Of a stretch of 64,000 nt of DNA, positions 63,610-64,000 are shown piece after piece. A program made the translations under genes and the position numbers. The DNA is from a virus. Lineage: Duplodnaviria > Heunggongvirae > Uroviricota > Caudoviricetes. Each line of letters opens with the position of its first letter. The stretch's first letter is position 1. The DNA lies in IMG/VR virus record IMGVR_UViG_3300042691_005779. One strand, written 5' to 3'. Under the pieces are notes generated by a model. That model was given only the letters and a program-made list of their open reading frames with translations, did not search any database and was not told where the DNA came from.

Positions 63610-64000
63610 ATGGCAAAAAAGGAACTCTCTCTACGAGATAAGAGACAAGCAGAGTTTGCTCAGGTGTTTCTAGACAATGGAGAGTTTGGCATCCTAAATC
63701 TATGTCCTAGGTTTGGTAAGATCTTTACAACCATCAACATCCTAGAAAAGATGGATAAGGATATTAACATCCTCATAGCATATCCTGACATAAAGATTAA
63801 GAATGCATGGGAAGAGCATTTTGTACTTAGAAAGTATAAGAATAGCAACATGACATACACCACACACATGTCGCTTAAGAAGCACACAGGTGGTGTATTT
63901 GACTTAGTTATACTGGATGAGATACATTTGCTCTCTGAGGCACAAATAGAGGCTGTAAAGGAGCTAAAATGCGTAAGCGTACTTGGTCTTACAGGCACCC
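63610..64000 (+). CDS. SF2 (SNF2/ResIII-like) helicase, N-terminal 130 aa; the gene continues beyond the window end
   Basis: Unlisted partial ORF. Own translation MAKKELSLRDKRQAEFAQVFLDNGEFGILNLCPRFGKIFT ... LVILDEIHLL ... VLGLTGT (Walker A-like, DEIH box, LTGT motif III). Confidence 0.55.
   Translation, partial: MAKKELSLRDKRQAEFAQVFLDNGEFGILNLCPRFGKIFTTINILEKMDKDINILIAYPDIKIKNAWEEHFVLRKYKNSNMTYTTHMSLKKHTGGVFDLVILDEIHLLSEAQIEAVKELKCVSVLGLTGT

Noticed and set aside
63441-63641. Plus ORF 63441..63641 (66 aa)
   Set aside because: Low-complexity, overlaps the start of the helicase ORF, and has no supporting signal; left uncalled.
63660-63998. Minus-strand ORF of 112 aa at the window end
   Set aside because: Antisense to the plus-strand partial SF2 helicase ORF, which has Walker A, DEIH and LTGT motifs in order.
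1-64000. Diversity-generating retroelement targeting the fiber genes
   Set aside because: crAss-like phages often carry DGRs, but I found no reverse-transcriptase motif (YxDD) in any ORF and no near-identical template and variable repeat pair. The fiber N-terminal paralogs are anciently diverged, not adenine-mutagenised copies.
1-64000. Stop-codon reassignment (TAG or TGA recoding) known from some crAss-like lineages
   Set aside because: Late genes, including ORFs of 12 kb and 5 kb, are uninterrupted under the standard code, so there is no evidence of recoding in this window.
1-64000. CRISPR array, tRNA genes, group I introns or inteins in polB and terL
   Set aside because: No spaced direct repeats were seen. 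No cloverleaf-compatible GTTC-containing intergenic segments were found. polB and terL are continuous and of ordinary length.

Overview
This window is a low-GC (about 35%) phage genome segment with two oppositely oriented gene blocks that meet at a roughly 480-bp divergent control region (51868-52347). The minus-strand block (1-51867) is a virion and morphogenesis module. It runs from small upstream genes (HU-like, Zn-finger, HTH) through terminase large subunit and portal to an SPFH/band-7 protein, an acidic scaffold-like protein and a major-capsid candidate. Next come head/tail proteins and Thr-rich, Cys-motif tail fibers, including a 1748-aa fiber, with an embedded calcineurin-like metallophosphoesterase. 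The block ends in five consecutive giant proteins of 876, 903, 947, 4055 and 1424 aa. The 4055-aa protein carries a DFDID motif consistent with the virion-packaged double-psi-beta-barrel RNA polymerase of crAss-like (Crassvirales-type) phages. The 1424-aa protein begins with a RecB-family PD-(D/E)xK nuclease signature. The plus-strand block (52348-64000) holds about 15 small early and accessory genes, among them acidic proteins, a 47-aa lipoprotein, membrane and secreted proteins and a K-rich histone-like protein, each punctuated by intrinsic terminators. It is followed by a translationally coupled replication operon with family-B DNA polymerase plus 3-5 exonuclease, a Zn-ribbon protein, a DnaB-like helicase and the 5-prime part of an SF2/SNF2-like helicase. 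No Shine-Dalgarno sequences are seen and leaders are A/C-rich, which together with the poly-Thr linkers points to a Bacteroidota (Flavobacteriia-like) host. No tRNA, CRISPR array, integrase, reverse transcriptase or endolysin was recognised, and there is no sign of stop-codon recoding. The main second-look items are a recurring 15-nt intergenic motif TTAATGCTATATTAT, iteron-like repeats and palindromes in the divergent region, the nuclease-bearing cargo protein, the phosphoesterase in the tail module, the SPFH head-module protein, and paralogous N-terminal modules shared among fiber genes.
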